From the NCBI GenBank assembly GCA_002269645.1, contig NIVC01003541.1, forward strand, positions 1-33,715: DNA of 33,715 nucleotides. The letters are read 5' to 3'. Below, one piece after another: positions 30,239 through 33,715 of the stretch; position 1 is the first letter of the stretch; every line of letters starts with the position of its first letter. The translations under genes were made by a program, and so were the position numbers. The DNA is from Macrostomum lignano (Eukaryota). Below the pieces are notes generated by a model. That model saw only the letters and a list, made by a program, of their open reading frames with translations. It made no database searches and was not told where the DNA came from.

Positions 30239-32980
30239 TCAGTTGCCTGCAGTGCCACTGCCAACTCCACTGTTAGCGCTGCTGCCGCCACCGCCGCTGC
30301 TGCTGGTGGTCGCCGGCCACCAGGGTGTCCCCGGCAGCGGCAGCGGGCAGAGGCCCGGGTGACCCAGAAACGATCCGAGTAGCGGAGGCGGCGGCGCCGG
30401 GAAATGACCGCCGGGAGCGCCGAACGGGAACGGCAGGGGCAGCGGCAGGTGATGGCCGGGCAGCAGCGACGGCGGGCAGGCGGACTTGCCGTCCCTCACC
30501 AGCACGGGTGCGGAGACTCGCTTCGGCGAGCTTAGATGGCCGCCGACCTCCAGGTCCAGCAGGTGCCGCCCATCGTGGTGATGATGGTGGTGAGCGTCCT
30601 TCTCCTGGCTGGCCCGCTTGCACTTGTAGCGGTGGTTCTGGAACCAGATCTTCACCTGCGTCGGCGTCAGGTTGATGATGCTAGCCAGGTGCTCTCGCTC
30701 GGGCGCGGACAGGTATCTCTGCTGGCGGAACCGCCGCTCAAGCTCGTAGCACTGCTGCTTGGTAAACAGCACGCGCCGCTTGCGCTTCTTCACCTTGCCG
30801 CCGCCCAGCTGATCGCCTCCGCGAGCCGCGCCGCCGCCCCCGCCGCCACCGCTGAAGCCTTCGGCTGACACCTCATCCTCGTCCTCCTCATCCTCCAGCA
30901 CAAGGCCCGCCGCCTCCTCTTCGGCGTCGCCCTCGTATTCGTCCGTGTATTCGTCCAGCTCGTAGCAGCCGCTGGACGGCAGCGGGGCCGCTTCGTCCGC
31001 CTCAGAGCTGCAGGGCCAGCGCTCGCTGCTGCCGCCGCCGGGACTGCCGCCTGCGGGCACAGTGAATTGAGGGCCGAAATCATTTTTGAGTCTGCGCTGA
31101 GCAACAATGGCGCTCAGCTTAGTAGCTTGTAGATGTAATCTGAGACCCTGACATCTGGAAGGCTTATCCCCAATCATCCCCTTCGGAACCTTCCATGCCC
31201 TGTTGCGAGGGCCCCTTGCTTTTTTGACTTATTGTCTTTGCGCCTGCGCTAGATAACAATCGATCGCTGGGGCCTTGGAGACCCGGCTGGGGTGGCTCTG
31301 CCGGACAACGGGGATCAGGGATCGAAATTGAAGCTTTAATGACAGCCCCGGCCCATCTCAGCATTTCACGCGCGGCTTGCTATGGGAAAGTTTTTCGCCC
31401 CTGCCCCTCTCCCGACCTGTTGCCAATTTCTCTTGTCACCTTCAATTCTATATGTTTTACGAGCCTCCCCCTTTCCGCTTGGACAGTTGGCAATTTTGAT
31501 TGAAGTTCCCCGGGGTTGCCGGGGCCACTCGCACTGGAGTGAGTATAAGGGATTGCGCAATCAGCCTTTGACTTGAAGCCACACGGTGGCCGAATTTGAG
31601 CTAAACACACTTAATTGCCAGGCGCTGGCCTGCTCACTGCTTCTCTCGGATCGAAAATTGCTGCAGTGAAATCCCCATCACCTTCATGCTTTGCCAATCC
31701 AGTCGTTTTCGCCGGCAGTTGCGGAATCGCCATTTCTCCCGGCATTGCTGCACATGCGGCCCTCTGTCCCGCTTTTATCGATTTATTCCCATTGTGAATG
31801 CGCTGGCCGAGAAGGAATCGACTCCGCCCCCCCTCTGGCGCTTCTAAAGCAGAAACTGTTTAAAAGCCACCTATGCGCCCATTTGCCACCCCTCCCGTGC
31901 TCTCCGATTGATGGCGGCTCGCGAACAAAGAGAGAGAGAGAGAGAGAGGCGTCACGCTGAGCCCGCACCTGTGCGAGTCTCTGATACTGAGAGAGTGCTC
32001 TGCGGCTGTCGCATTCGCCCCAAATCAATGCCTGAAAGCCAGTTCAGTGCCCAGCTGACCGCCGTCACTCCGGGCCTCTTCCGCGTGCCCGGCGGGCAAA
32101 CACGGCCGGCCATTAGAAACGCCTTTACAGCGGCCTGCCAAAACTGACGCCGCGGGAGATCGAAATGATGCGCTGGAATCCTCAGCCTCGCTGTCCTTCC
32201 CCTCCGCCCCGGACTCAACTGCCAAGCAGCTCTTTGTTTTAAAAATCAGTTTGATTAAGCGGCAGGGCTGTTGCATGACTTGCCTGCCGTATCTGTGTGG
32301 CCATGCGGCTTCCAACTCAGCGACTCCCCCGCTAATCTGCGCGCCTGCTCAGCCAGCCGTGCCCTGGCGTGCCATCCGCTTTTGTCTGCTGCTGTTGCAA
32401 ATCGGCCTTGCTGCATAGCGAAGGCTTTTTCACCCTTGTTTGCCATCCAGCTCGGCGCATCGCTCTTAATGAGTTGCTCCAACTGGAAACTTTGTCTGGC
32501 TGAGCCCCCCTCCCCTACTCACTCGCTCCCCTTTTACCTTTTCTCATCGTCTTCTTCAACTGTGCTTCGTTGCCTGCGATGAGGATCTGAAGCTGGGGGG
32601 CCTAATTGCTGCTGTCTGAGATCCCATCCCCAGATACGAATCCCGAAAAAATCTTTCCAGCAGCTCTGGATTGAATCTCATCTCTCAACCGTAAATGCAT
32701 TAGCGCGAGTCGCCCCCCACCCTCGTAGCAATTCCCACTATGCATTGCTGCTTAGAAGCAGAGCAATCAGCAGAGCAAAGATCAGTGTCTCAGCCTCACC
32801 TTGCCGCAACAGCTGCTGCTGCTGCTGCTGCTGATCCACAGCCGCAGTCACTGTCGTGGCAGCCGCCGTCGCCGACGGCAAATCGTCGTCCAGGTTCAGC
32901 AGGGAGCGCACGGAGAACTTGGCGCCCCGCGATGGCTGGGGCAGCGCCGCCTTGATGCCGCTGCTGAGTAGGCGGTCCAT
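30239..32980 (-). CDS. NKX2-2: NK2-class homeobox protein, NKX2.2/vnd type; exons 32980-32800 and 31050-30239, about 330 aa
   Basis: Exon 1 has the TN/eh1 motif FSVRSLLNL. Phase-1 intron CAAG|gtgagg...cccgcag|GC. Homeodomain [59 protein letters not shown], with NK2 Tyr54 and RFRQQRY typical of Nkx2.2/vnd. NK2-specific domain [15 protein letters not shown]. Confidence 0.95.
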
Positions 32981-33144
32981 GGCGAGCTTGAGGTGCTTGA
33001 AGGTGATGGCTTGCGATGCTGGGAACTCTGCTGGAGTGACAGGGCCTTGGCGAGCTGTTCCGGTGACTTGGCAGTCTTCGTTAGGGCTTTTCTTTTTCAC
33101 TTTTCCCACTCGGGCCTCCCCGTCAAGAGGGGAAAATGTTTGCT

Positions 33145-33200
33145 GCGGCCCCGCCGGCCCCATTGGCTGGCCTGCTTGCCCCGCCCGGCATTGGCTGGCA
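33145..33200 (-). promoter_or_regulatory. Candidate NK2 proximal promoter: two NF-Y-type CCAAT boxes and GC boxes
   Basis: ccagCCAATg occurs twice on the minus strand (attgg at 33162 and 33190, 28 bp apart), interleaved with ccccgcc motifs, about 180-215 nt upstream of the ATG at 32980. Confidence 0.5.
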
Positions 33201-33715
33201 GCCGCCCTCCTCCCCTGCTCCCAGCCTCTCCTCAGCCGCGGCGATCTGGGATTGTGATCCCAGCCGAGGGGATTAGTAGGAGTGAGCGCACTAGAGCAGG
33301 CGATCATTTCCGAATCTCCCCGATCCCCCCGAAGCCTGCAATTTGGGGGGGGGGGGCTTGGCAACCGGGGCAACGTTGCTTTTTTATGAATCCTGCTTAG
33401 CTCGGTGACCCGCACCGGCCCGGCGTCACCTTAGCGTTTTCTCATCCCTTCTCTTGTATCACCGCCTGTTTAATCCCAATTGAGCACTGGGATTCCGCTG
33501 TGATGGACTCTGGACTCGGAATGTTAATGCGGCTTTAGATCTTCATTGATGACTTTCTAGCGGCTTTATGCTAACACCGTTGTCGATTTCTTTAGATAGT
33601 GCGACCCGCATAGCAACTGGCTTGTGTATCGCTGGCTGCAAGCAGCTCGGCTCCTGCGTTTTATCTTTCACTGCTGTTATCTTTGTCATTTCTGGCACTC
33701 TCACCTCACTCAGTC

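Noticed and set aside
32981-33415. Upstream in-frame extension of NK2 exon 1 (225-aa ORF)
   Set aside because: It overlaps CCAAT/GC-box promoter-like sequence and has no conserved motifs. ATG 32980, shortly before the TN motif, fits the NK2 architecture.

Overview
Eukaryotic (metazoan) genomic DNA with spliceosomal introns. The GC-rich exons, Ala/Gln-rich proteins and extreme minisatellite load suggest a flatworm such as Macrostomum, but that is inference, not a determination. Genes in order: last exon of a LAMP gene (+); an 11-exon F-box/7xWD40 gene with two D-domain-like motifs (-); a two-exon POLR3H/RPC8 (+); an intronless RAD51AP1-like ORF (+); the N-terminal exon of anamorsin/CIAPIN1 (+, C-terminal Fe-S part not in the window); and a two-exon NK2.2/vnd homeobox gene (-). 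The window has three compositional zones. (1) 1-12.4 kb and 19.2-25.5 kb: about 7.5 kb of about 17 unrelated tandem arrays, many starting or ending at splice sites or a stop codon. (2) 12.5-19.1 kb: AT-rich nest of DNA transposons (intact mariner, Mutator-like element with a nested MITE, hAT-like MITE). (3) 25.5-33.7 kb: no minisatellites, around the NK2 gene. Most notable: junction-seeded minisatellites, one of which multiplies a 5' splice site 17 times; a 56-bp array whose unit carries an RFX X-box and a Gli-type site; and orphan splice acceptors compatible with spliced-leader trans-splicing. Three 1-nt homopolymer frameshifts look like assembly errors. All exon calls were made by hand from ORFs, splice consensus and phase compatibility; no searches were run.
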